64,000 bases of DNA from Actinomycetota bacterium (GTDB taxonomy: Bacteria > Actinomycetota > Geothermincolia > Fen-727 > Anoxymicrobiaceae): positions 27,436-91,435 of the forward strand of contig JAZDFZ010000019.1 of the NCBI GenBank assembly GCA_043807425.1. The letters are read 5' to 3'. The translations under genes were made by a program, and so were the position numbers. Below are positions 56,076 through 64,000 of this stretch, one piece after another; position 1 is the stretch's first letter; each line of letters starts with the position of its first letter. The notes under the pieces were generated by a model, which was not told where the DNA came from, searched no databases, and saw only the letters and a program-made list of their open reading frames with translations.

Positions 56076-56906
56076 GTGAAGCAGATCCGAGGCATGCTGG
56101 CCCTGGTAACCGGCGCGGCGAGCGGAATAGGGCGGGCGACGGCCCTGGAGCTCGCGCGGGAAGGGTGCCGCCTGGCCCTGGTGGACGTGAACGCCGAGCG
56201 CCTGGAGGAGGTCCGCCGCGAGGCAGCATCGCTGGGCGCCGAGTGCTCGACACATGTAGTAGACGTCTCGTCCAGGGAGTCTATCGTTGCGCTGGCGAAG
56301 GAGCTGGAGGCCGCGGGCGGGGTCGACATCCTGGCTAACGTCGCCGGGGTGGCAGTCGGTGGGACAGTCGCGGATACGACGCTCGACGACTGGGACTGGA
56401 TAATCGGAATCAACCTCATGGGCCCCATCAACACGATCGGGACGTTCCTGCCCGGGATGGTGCAGCGGGGACGCGGCCACGTGGTGAACGTCTCGTCCCT
56501 CGGCGGGTGCTGCGCTGCACCCGGGCTCGGCGCCTACTGCACTACCAAGTTCGGGCTGGCCGGGCTCTCCGAGACCATGTACATCGAGCTCAAGGGAACC
56601 GGAGTCGGTGTGACGCTGGTCTGTCCGGGAATCACCAACACGCGGCTCCACGAGCAGTTGAGGCTCAGGGGAATCCCCCAGGAGATGGTCGACTGGGCGG
56701 TCGAGCACTTCATGCCCCGCATGTTCTCCGCGGAGAAGACCGGCTACCTGATAGTGAAGGCGATCAAGCGCGACCGCTTCTTCGTGATGACCACGATGTT
56801 CGCGAAGTTCGACTTCTTCCTGAAGCGACTCCAACCCGCGCTGCACATCTGGATGTGGAGGGCGATCTACCGGGCGACCGACGCCCTCAAGAACCGCCGC
56901 TACTGA
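56076..56906 (+). CDS. Short-chain dehydrogenase/reductase
   Basis: TGAASGIG, NVAG, VNVSS, YCTTK. Confidence 0.94.
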   Translation: MKQIRGMLALVTGAASGIGRATALELAREGCRLALVDVNAERLEEVRREAASLGAECSTHVVDVSSRESIVALAKELEAAGGVDILANVAGVAVGGTVADTTLDDWDWIIGINLMGPINTIGTFLPGMVQRGRGHVVNVSSLGGCCAAPGLGAYCTTKFGLAGLSETMYIELKGTGVGVTLVCPGITNTRLHEQLRLRGIPQEMVDWAVEHFMPRMFSAEKTGYLIVKAIKRDRFFVMTTMFAKFDFFLKRLQPALHIWMWRAIYRATDALKNRRY

Positions 56907-56909
56907 CAG

Positions 56910-56937
56910 GGGTTATGAGTGCCTGGCACATAATCCC
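56910..56937. repeat. Family C hairpin (GTGCCTGGCAC core) after SDR stop
   Basis: GGGTTATG-A-GTGCCTGGCA-CATAATCCC. Confidence 0.65.
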
Positions 56938-57011
56938 TTAACTCCGGCACGAGTAACACGAACGGAAGCGAACGACTCGTTCTCATCGATACCTCCGGAT
57001 CGAGGCCGCCG

Positions 57012-58178
57012 TCAGTCGGCCGACCTCCTGAGCGCCCTCACCTTGAGCATGTTACTAAGATCGCGGGCGATCGACCTCGGTAGCTCGAAGGCGAAGCGGC
57101 GGGGCCCGGCCACCTCCGGCACGGCCTCCATGGTTATACTCCCCGGGCCGCAGGATACGGCGCAGAGGCCGCAACCTATGCAGCGCTCACGCAGGTGCCG
57201 GGGGGCGGTCTTCGAGCCCTCGACGCCCTCGAGCGCTTTCATGGGGCACGCCTTGACGCACTTCAGGCAGGTGGTGCAGTCCGCCCCGATGCGCGGCACG
57301 TAGCGGGGGGGAGCAACAAACCCCGGAGTGTTGAACTCCGAGACGGTCCGCAGCGCGCCGCAGCAGCAGCCACAGCAGGAGCATGAGGCGTTGCCCAGGG
57401 CTCCCCCGTCGAAGTTCATCATCCAGGTGACGCTGCCCTCCTTCTCGGCCGCCGCTTTTATCTCGAGCACGTCGGCGAGGGAGGCGCTCTTCGCCCTGCC
57501 CTGCTCGACCAGGTAGGGGGCAAGCCTTCCGATGGTCGTGCAGGTCTCCAGCGCCCTTCCGCAGCCGTCCCCGACCAGCTGCTTGGTCAGCCTGCACTGG
57601 CAGACTCCCACCGCGAACTTGTCATACCTCTCCAGCATCTCGCCCAGCCGATCCGACGGAAGGGCTCTCGAATCGTCGGATATGGACTCCCCGACCGGCA
57701 GGTAGCGCACCGCGTCGAGCGGCCGGGCTTTCACGTAGTCGGTCGTGAACCCCGTCTCGAAGAGCTCCTCGAACAGCTCCGCGAAGCGTCGGTGCCAGGG
57801 TGTCACGCTGTCGGCGGAAGCGCGGATGAGCGCGCTCTCGAAGGTCCCCGGCACGATCGGCAGGAGCAGGAACAGCTCGCGAGGGCCCCAGTCCTTGCCG
57901 TACGCAAGCACCAGGTACTTCTCGTGGGCGATCTCCTTCATCACCTCACCCGCTTCCTCGACGCTGCGCCCCGACACCCTGGCGAGGGATCTCAGGGTCC
58001 TGGGCCTCCACGGCTTGAGGTGCCTGACGACGTCGGCCTGCTCCTCCGTGTACATGTGCTCGACCAGCGCCATCAGCTCGTCGCACACCGGCGGGCCCAT
58101 CAGGAACGGGCTGGAGTAATGCCGTGCTACCTCGGTGTGCGCGCGTGAGACACCCTGGTACACCTCGACCTCGTTCAT
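57012..58178 (-). CDS. Multi-Fe-S protein with C-terminal 2x[4Fe-4S] ferredoxin domain
   Basis: CQCR..C..C, CSCCGCCC, CTTCLKCVKACP, CIGCGLCAVSC. Confidence 0.85.
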   Translation of the reverse strand: MNEVEVYQGVSRAHTEVARHYSSPFLMGPPVCDELMALVEHMYTEEQADVVRHLKPWRPRTLRSLARVSGRSVEEAGEVMKEIAHEKYLVLAYGKDWGPRELFLLLPIVPGTFESALIRASADSVTPWHRRFAELFEELFETGFTTDYVKARPLDAVRYLPVGESISDDSRALPSDRLGEMLERYDKFAVGVCQCRLTKQLVGDGCGRALETCTTIGRLAPYLVEQGRAKSASLADVLEIKAAAEKEGSVTWMMNFDGGALGNASCSCCGCCCGALRTVSEFNTPGFVAPPRYVPRIGADCTTCLKCVKACPMKALEGVEGSKTAPRHLRERCIGCGLCAVSCGPGSITMEAVPEVAGPRRFAFELPRSIARDLSNMLKVRALRRSAD

Positions 58179-58320
58179 ACGACCGTCCTTTCCAGCGTCA
58201 GTACCGATCCCGGCGCGGAGCATCCCGACCATATTAGCCGTTCGGCCCCGCCCGGCGCTATGATTACCGCATAGATGGGGGTCAGGCACCATTCAAGTCA
58301 TGGAAAAGGCTGGGAGCGCC

Positions 58321-59487
58321 ATGGTCTGCGGATACGAGTTCAAGCTTCCGGGCAAGGTCGTCTGCCGGGAGCACGGGGCGGGCGAGCTGGCCAAGCCCGT
58401 CACGCGCATGGGCGGCACGCGCATCCTCCTGGTGACAGATCCCGGCGTGAGGAACGCCGGGCTCCTGGATCCGGTGCTCTCGGTGTCAGGCGAGGGCGGC
58501 CCGGAGGTCGCCGCCATCTTCGACGACGTCGGTCAGGACCCTGACTTCGACACCGTTTCGCGCTGCTCGGAGGCGGCGCGGCGGTCCGGCGCCGACTGCC
58601 TGATCGCGGTGGGCGGGGGCAGCGTCATCGACACCGCCAAGGTCGTTTTGATCGCGCTCCAGGAGGGGGATGATCTCACCCGCTTCCGCTACAGGGAGTA
58701 CTTTTCGAAGGGACCGCTGCTTCCCCTTGTCGCCATTCCGACCACCGCCGGTACCGGGTCGGAGTCAACGCATATAGCTATGATCGTGGACCCCGCCGAG
58801 ACGCTCAAGGTCGTCTTCCACGGCTCCGGCCTCGCCCCCCGCCTGGCGCTCCTCGACCCTTTCATGACCGTGACCCTGCCCCCGCGCCTCACGGCCGCCA
58901 CCGGGATGGACGCCCTGTGCCACGCTGTCGAATCGCTTCACTCCAACGTGGCCGAGCCGGTCACCGACGGCCTCGCCGTCAAGGCGCTCGAGCTCATCGG
59001 CGCGAACATCCTCAGGGCGTTCCACCAGGGGGACGACCTCGAGGCCAGGGCCGGCATGCTGGTCGGCTCCAACATCGCCGGCATGGCGGCGGCCAACGCC
59101 TACGTGGCGCTCATACACTGCCTGGCCCATGCCATGGGGGCCCGCTTCGACGTCCACCACGGGGTCGCGGTCGCGCTCGTGCTCACCCGCGGGATGGAGC
59201 ACAACCTGCGCTTCGAGGGGGTGCCCGCCGCCTACCGGAAGGTCGCCCGGGGGCTCGGGCTCGACGTAGACAGGGACGACGACGATACGGCGGCGCGCAG
59301 GGCCATCGAGCGCATCAGGGAGCTCATCGCGGACCTCGAGCTGCCCCGAACGCTGCGTGAGGTCGGCATCCCCAGGGAGAGCCTCGAGGACCTGGCGGGG
59401 TCCGCCATGCAGGACCGCTCCTTCGCCCTGAACCCGGGCCGAACCAGCCCCGAGGAAGTCCTGGCCCTGCTGGAAAAGGCCTACTGA
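58321..59487 (+). CDS. Iron-containing alcohol dehydrogenase
   Basis: GGGSVIDTAK, PTTAGTGSE, DALCHAVE, HCLAH, HHG. Confidence 0.93.
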   Translation: MVCGYEFKLPGKVVCREHGAGELAKPVTRMGGTRILLVTDPGVRNAGLLDPVLSVSGEGGPEVAAIFDDVGQDPDFDTVSRCSEAARRSGADCLIAVGGGSVIDTAKVVLIALQEGDDLTRFRYREYFSKGPLLPLVAIPTTAGTGSESTHIAMIVDPAETLKVVFHGSGLAPRLALLDPFMTVTLPPRLTAATGMDALCHAVESLHSNVAEPVTDGLAVKALELIGANILRAFHQGDDLEARAGMLVGSNIAGMAAANAYVALIHCLAHAMGARFDVHHGVAVALVLTRGMEHNLRFEGVPAAYRKVARGLGLDVDRDDDDTAARRAIERIRELIADLELPRTLREVGIPRESLEDLAGSAMQDRSFALNPGRTSPEEVLALLEKAY

Positions 59488-59632
59488 GACCTCCTTCTCA
59501 TGCCCCGCGGCGGAGCGTTCATGCCGCCCCGGGCCTCGTTCATGCTTTTGCTCCGCTCGCATGTCAAGCCACGGCGTTCATCCGCCGACCTCAATACTGA
59601 ATGCGTTTTCGACACTGCTGCGAGGGGATGAA

Positions 59633-60130
59633 ATGACCTGTCCGGAATGCGGCTCGTTGATAGGTGACTCCTGTTTGGCCTGCCCCTACTGCGGTGCTCC
59701 CATATCGAGCCCGCGGCAGGCACCGGGCCCGACGTCCACCGGGCCGCTACGCCCGGGTCGACCGATGAAGGGGTCATCGGAAGAGCGCTCACGCAGGTTC
59801 AGATTGGGTGTCTTCATCTCGGTGGGCGCGGTCCTGCTCGCCCTGACCACGATGATATTCGTCTACTTTCTGAACAGCATGAACGCGGACACCAACCGTC
59901 AGATATGCAGGAACAACCAGCGGAGTCTGAACACTTCGATCCAGCAGTACCTGCTGGACAACAACCGTGACCCGACCTCTCTCGAAAACCTGGTCGGTCC
60001 CGGTACAAACGCGCTGAAGTCGATCCCCGAGTGCCCCTCTGGATCGGATTCCTATACCTGGGTCCCAAGCGGCCCTGGGGGGCTGCCAACGGTATCCTGC
60101 CCCAACAGGAAGGACCACCGGCTCCTCTAG
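59633..60130 (+). CDS. Zinc-ribbon plus pilin/ComGC-like membrane protein
   Basis: CPECG..CPYCG, TM, CRNNQRSLNTSIQQY..P..LENLV..IPECPSG..VSCP..H. Confidence 0.65.
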   Translation: MTCPECGSLIGDSCLACPYCGAPISSPRQAPGPTSTGPLRPGRPMKGSSEERSRRFRLGVFISVGAVLLALTTMIFVYFLNSMNADTNRQICRNNQRSLNTSIQQYLLDNNRDPTSLENLVGPGTNALKSIPECPSGSDSYTWVPSGPGGLPTVSCPNRKDHRLL

Positions 60131-60543
60131 GCGTCGCCGGCGGTCGTCGTGCCGGGCGATCCCTCCTCGGGGGCCTCGCCGCGAAGGACCGCCTCCATCT
60201 TGTTCAGCAACTGGATCGGAGAGAACGGTTTCATCAGAAAGCCCTGCGCCTCGCCCTCGAATGTCTCCTCCATGGCCTCCAGGTCCACCCTTCCTGTCAG
60301 GAAGATGATCGGGATCCGGGAAGAGACCGGGTTCTGCCGGATCCACTTGAGGACCTCCGGGCCGTTCATCCCGGGCATCTCCACGTCGAGGATTATCAGG
60401 TCCGGTCGCTCGATCGTCGCCGCGCGGTAGCCCTGCTCGGCGTCGGCGGCCGCGATCACCTCGTAACCCTCCAGCTTCAGGGCGATCATCACCGATTGCC
60501 TTATATCGGGATCGTCATCGATCAAGAGCACCTTCGTCGCCAT
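60127..60543 (-). CDS. Single-domain response regulator
   Basis: VLLIDDD, PDLIILDVEMP, IIFLT, KPF. Confidence 0.92.
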   Translation of the reverse strand: MATKVLLIDDDPDIRQSVMIALKLEGYEVIAAADAEQGYRAATIERPDLIILDVEMPGMNGPEVLKWIRQNPVSSRIPIIFLTGRVDLEAMEETFEGEAQGFLMKPFSPIQLLNKMEAVLRGEAPEEGSPGTTTAGDA

Positions 60544-60607
60544 CCGGCTCCGCCTTCCGTCCGCGTCAGACCTTCCACTCACGCCTAATGTTATCGGCCA
60601 TAGCCTG

Positions 60608-60640
60608 GTGTAGCAAAAGGGTCAGGCACTTTTGCTACAC
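60608..60640. repeat. Family C hairpin GTGTAGCAAAAG-GGTCAGGCA-CTTTTGCTACAC
   Basis: 12-bp perfect arms around the GGTCAGGCA core. Confidence 0.8.
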
Positions 60641-60720
60641 TTCCGCCATGTCAGCCCCGGCTGAACCGACTGCCGGTTAAGTGTAGAATAGAGGTACTCT
60701 TCAAGAGGGGTGGTTGGGTC

Positions 60721-61305
60721 TTGAAAAAAAGCCTCGTTCTCGCGCTCTCGATCTCCCTTTCAGCCTGCGCGGTCTTTGCCGCCGCCGGTTGCGGCGGGGA
60801 CACCGGGACGGCCAGGACCTATATGGAGCAGGCCGACGCCACCTTCGAGGAGGCGAGCGAGGCCGCCGGCAATCTCCAGAAAGCGCAGGAGGGTGCGATC
60901 GGGGCCCTGGTCGGGCAGGACCCCGCGGCGTTCGTGGCCACCGGGGCTTTGCTGCCCGACATCAAGAAGGGCATCGACGACTACGAGAAAAAGCTCCAGG
61001 CCGCCGCGGCCGCTTACCGGAAGATCGACACGCTGGAGGGCGTCGCCCCGTACAAGACCTATGCGAAGAAGATGCTGGAGGTCATCAGCGTCTACCTGGA
61101 GTCGGTCGAGGTCGGCAGGGCGATCGTGGCCGAGGTGGAGAAGGTAATCGCGCAGATCCAGTCGGGCCAGCCGGTCGACATGGCGGCGGCCACCAAGCCC
61201 ATGTTCGACCAGATCAAGCGCGCCCTGGACCTGCGGACCGAGGCTATGAAGCTGGAGAAAGAGGCCGGGGAGTACCAGGCCGCGCAGAAGCTCCTCGCCC
61301 AGTGA
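60721..61305 (+). CDS. Helical lipoprotein of unknown function
   Basis: MKK + hydrophobic stretch + AAGC lipobox; TAGAAT -10 and GAGGGG RBS upstream. Confidence 0.75.
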   Translation: MKKSLVLALSISLSACAVFAAAGCGGDTGTARTYMEQADATFEEASEAAGNLQKAQEGAIGALVGQDPAAFVATGALLPDIKKGIDDYEKKLQAAAAAYRKIDTLEGVAPYKTYAKKMLEVISVYLESVEVGRAIVAEVEKVIAQIQSGQPVDMAAATKPMFDQIKRALDLRTEAMKLEKEAGEYQAAQKLLAQ

Positions 61306-61405
61306 CTCTCACTCGCGGGAGTCGGTCCCGCTAAACCAAACCCGCCCGGTTTGCCGATAGACTGGTGTACCCGCTGGTGCACTTCGATTAACAGGGTGGC
61401 GTTGT

Positions 61406-62935
61406 ATGTCGATCAGAACGAAGCTGTTCCTCGCCTTCTTCTGCGTGGCGTTGATCGCCGGCCTCATCGGATTCCTGGGCGTCTACAACGCGAGGAAGGT
61501 ACAGAACGACTTCGAGGATTCCTCGAAGCGGCACGCCCAGATACTGAAGCTGGAAAACCAGGTCATGAACGACTGGCACCAGGCGGTCTCGAACCTGGAG
61601 CACTACCTGGTCACACTGCAGACGGGCCAGGAGGCATCCGCCCTGAAGGAAAGCTACCTCCAGATGCGCTCCGAGACGGACAGCGGCCTCGAACAGCTCC
61701 ACGCGATGCTCGAGACGGCGGAGGCCCAGGACCTCTCGCGATGGGCGAGCGCGCTCGACGAGGCCGAGGCGGCCGCCGACCGGATGCTGTCGGCCGCAGC
61801 AAACACCGACCCGGCGACGCTGGCACGCCAGATAGAGGACATGGCGGCGAAGACCCGCAACACAGAGGTCGAGTTGCTGGACGTCATGGTTCGCGAAGGA
61901 GCTACCTTCCAGGCGTCCATCACCAGCGTGGAGAAGGCGACCGACAGCACCATAGCGATCACCCTGCTGCTGGTCGGCGTCGCCGTGGTCCTGGCCGGGG
62001 GGCTGGGGTACTTCGTCACGCGCTCCATATCGCGCCCCATCTCCGTGCTGACCGAGGCCACGGCCGAGCTGAGCCGCGGCAACCTGGGCGTGAGGGCGGA
62101 GGTGGAATCAAAGGGCGAGATCGGAGAGTTAGCGGTATCGTTCAACCGGATGTCCGTCGATCTCAAGTCCTCCCAGGACCGGCTGCTGGCGCTGACGGCC
62201 ACGCTGGAGAAGAGGGTCGAAGAGCGCACGAGGGCACTGCAGCGCTCCAACGCCGAGCTCGAGCAGTTCGCCTACGTCGCCTCCCACGACCTGCAGGAGC
62301 CGCTGAGGGCCGTCACCAGCTACGCCGAGCTTCTCGAGATGAAGTACTCCGACGTGCTGGACGAGAGGGCCATGAAGTACCTGGGCCACATGACCGGTGG
62401 CGTGACCAGGATGCAGGCGCTGATAAACGATCTCCTGAGCTACTCGCGCGTGGGCACGCGGGGCAAGGAGCTCGCGCCCGCCGGCATGGACCGGGCGCTG
62501 GACGAGGCACTCCAGAACCTGGAAAAGGCCCTCGAGGAGAGCGGTGCCCGGGTGACCCGCGACCCTCTGCCCGAGGTTGACGCCGACGCCACGCAGGTGC
62601 GACAACTCCTCCAGAACCTCATCGGCAACGCGATAAAGTTCAGGGGGGAGAGGGTCCCGGAGATACACGTGGGCGTCGAGCGGCACAACGGCGATTGGCT
62701 GTTCAGCGTGAAGGACACCGGCATAGGCTTTGACCCGAAGTATAATGACCGCGTGTTCGAGATATTCCAGAGGCTGCACGGCCGGAAAGAGTACGAGGGC
62801 ACCGGGATCGGCCTGGCGCTCTGCAGGCGGATAGTCGAGCGGCACGGGGGGCGGATCTGGGTCGAGTCGGAGCCGGGCGTCGGAACGACTTTCTTCTTTA
62901 CCATGCCGAAGAGAGAGGATGATGGGGATGAGTGA
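61406..62935 (+). CDS. Membrane sensor histidine kinase (HAMP, Cph1-type kinase core)
   Basis: Two TMs, [39 protein letters not shown]. Confidence 0.94.
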   Translation: MSIRTKLFLAFFCVALIAGLIGFLGVYNARKVQNDFEDSSKRHAQILKLENQVMNDWHQAVSNLEHYLVTLQTGQEASALKESYLQMRSETDSGLEQLHAMLETAEAQDLSRWASALDEAEAAADRMLSAAANTDPATLARQIEDMAAKTRNTEVELLDVMVREGATFQASITSVEKATDSTIAITLLLVGVAVVLAGGLGYFVTRSISRPISVLTEATAELSRGNLGVRAEVESKGEIGELAVSFNRMSVDLKSSQDRLLALTATLEKRVEERTRALQRSNAELEQFAYVASHDLQEPLRAVTSYAELLEMKYSDVLDERAMKYLGHMTGGVTRMQALINDLLSYSRVGTRGKELAPAGMDRALDEALQNLEKALEESGARVTRDPLPEVDADATQVRQLLQNLIGNAIKFRGERVPEIHVGVERHNGDWLFSVKDTGIGFDPKYNDRVFEIFQRLHGRKEYEGTGIGLALCRRIVERHGGRIWVESEPGVGTTFFFTMPKREDDGDE

Positions 62936-63380
62936 CGAGGGTATCGAGATGAGGCCCGTGGAGATACTGCTGGTCGAGGACAGCCCCACGGACATCGACC
63001 TGACGAGGGAAGGGCTGGAGATGGGCAAGCTGGCCAACAACCTCTCCGTAGTCGAGAACGGGGACGACGCGCTCGCGTTCCTGCGCCGTCAGGGCGACTA
63101 CTCCGGCTCGAAGCGGCCGGACCTCGTCCTGCTGGACCTCAACCTGCCGGGTAAGGACGGGCGCGAGGTCCTCGAGGAGATAAAGACGGACGAGGATCTC
63201 ATGACGATTCCCGTGGTCGTGCTCACCTCCTCCAAGGCCGAGGAGGACATAGCCCGCAGCTACAAGCTGCACGCCAACTGCTACATCGCCAAGCCGGTCA
63301 ACTTCTCGAGGTTCGTAGAGGTGGTGAAAGGGATCGAGGACTTCTGGTTCTCGATCGTCAAGCTGCCCGATCCCGACTGA
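62928..63380 (+). CDS. Response regulator (Rcp1-like)
   Basis: [34 protein letters not shown]. Confidence 0.94.
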   Translation: MSDEGIEMRPVEILLVEDSPTDIDLTREGLEMGKLANNLSVVENGDDALAFLRRQGDYSGSKRPDLVLLDLNLPGKDGREVLEEIKTDEDLMTIPVVVLTSSKAEEDIARSYKLHANCYIAKPVNFSRFVEVVKGIEDFWFSIVKLPDPD

Positions 63381-64000
63381 TGGAAAAAGAGATAAAGATA
63401 CTGCTCATAGAGGACAACCCCGCCGACGCGGACCTCCTGCAGGAGTACCTCGGGGAGGTGGAGGAGACCGCGTTCTCGATCACCCACGCGGAGACCCTGG
63501 CAGAGGGCCTGGAGCACCTTTCCCTGAGAGAGGCGGACGTGGTTCTGCTGGACCTCTCACTGCCGGACAGCAGGGGCTTCGAGACCTTCACCACCGCGCA
63601 CGCCAGGGCGCCCAGGACGCCGATCATAGTACTCTCCGGGCTCAGCGACGAGCAGCTGGCGGTCCGGGCGGTCCAGGAGGGCGCACAGGACTACCTGGTC
63701 AAGGGGCGGGTGGACAGTGACCTGCTGGTGCGCGCCATACACTACGGCATCGAGAGGCAGCGCATGCTGGTCGAGCTCGACGGCTTCGCCCACACCGTCT
63801 CCCACGACCTCAAGGGCCCCCTGACCGCCATCAAGGTGGCCAGCGACACGCTGCTCCGGCTCACCTCCCGGCCAACGACGGAGACCGCCTGCATGGATAT
63901 CGACGAGATTGCCGTGTTGATCTCAAGGAACGTTGACAAGGCAAGCGCCCTGATAAAGGACATCCTCAGCCTTGCCGAGGCCGGCCAGGTGCCCAAGGAG
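63380..64000 (+). CDS. Hybrid receiver-histidine kinase, 3'-truncated by window edge
   Basis: ILLIEDN, LLDLSLPD, GAQDYLVK, FAHTVSHDLKGPL; ATG overlaps the previous TGA. Confidence 0.9.
   Translation, partial: MEKEIKILLIEDNPADADLLQEYLGEVEETAFSITHAETLAEGLEHLSLREADVVLLDLSLPDSRGFETFTTAHARAPRTPIIVLSGLSDEQLAVRAVQEGAQDYLVKGRVDSDLLVRAIHYGIERQRMLVELDGFAHTVSHDLKGPLTAIKVASDTLLRLTSRPTTETACMDIDEIAVLISRNVDKASALIKDILSLAEAGQVPKE

Noticed and set aside
61406-62935. Bacteriophytochrome
   Set aside because: The kinase core is Cph1-like, but the sensor is TM-helical-HAMP with no PAS-GAF-PHY.

Overview
High-GC, gene-dense bacterial window with about 58 CDS and no rRNA, tRNA, CRISPR array, transposase or phage gene that I could see. 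Gene content suggests an anaerobic, deep-branching actinobacterium (inference from CooS, AOR, Fe-ADHs, MMPL, CtpE-like ATPase, a GlnR-type box and secreted 'WYFAEG' repeat proteins). Main observations: (1) Four secreted proteins each carry exactly four ~105-aa WYxAEG/ERxMY/GHD repeats, in three different circular-permutation phases. This suggests a closed four-unit surface module attached to different enzymes. (2) A stand-alone CooS has an atypical C-cluster (Cys->Glu, catalytic His->Tyr). (3) A ~17-kb lipid region holds a desaturase-like flavoprotein plus reductase, MMPL plus DUF3068, an SCP2-ADH-SCP2-AOR-MoaD operon and two acyl-CoA ligases. (4) Four families of REP/MITE-like intergenic palindromes. 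(5) Readable regulatory sites: a GlnR array before amt, a MerR 19-bp-spacer promoter and several sigma28/WhiG-like promoters. Also present are a frameshifted DUF1848 gene, tandem HtpX-like pseudoproteases, orphan V-ATPase F and HicB genes, and a 52-aa Cys-rich gene missed by the ORF track. All family assignments come from motif recognition by eye, not from database searches.
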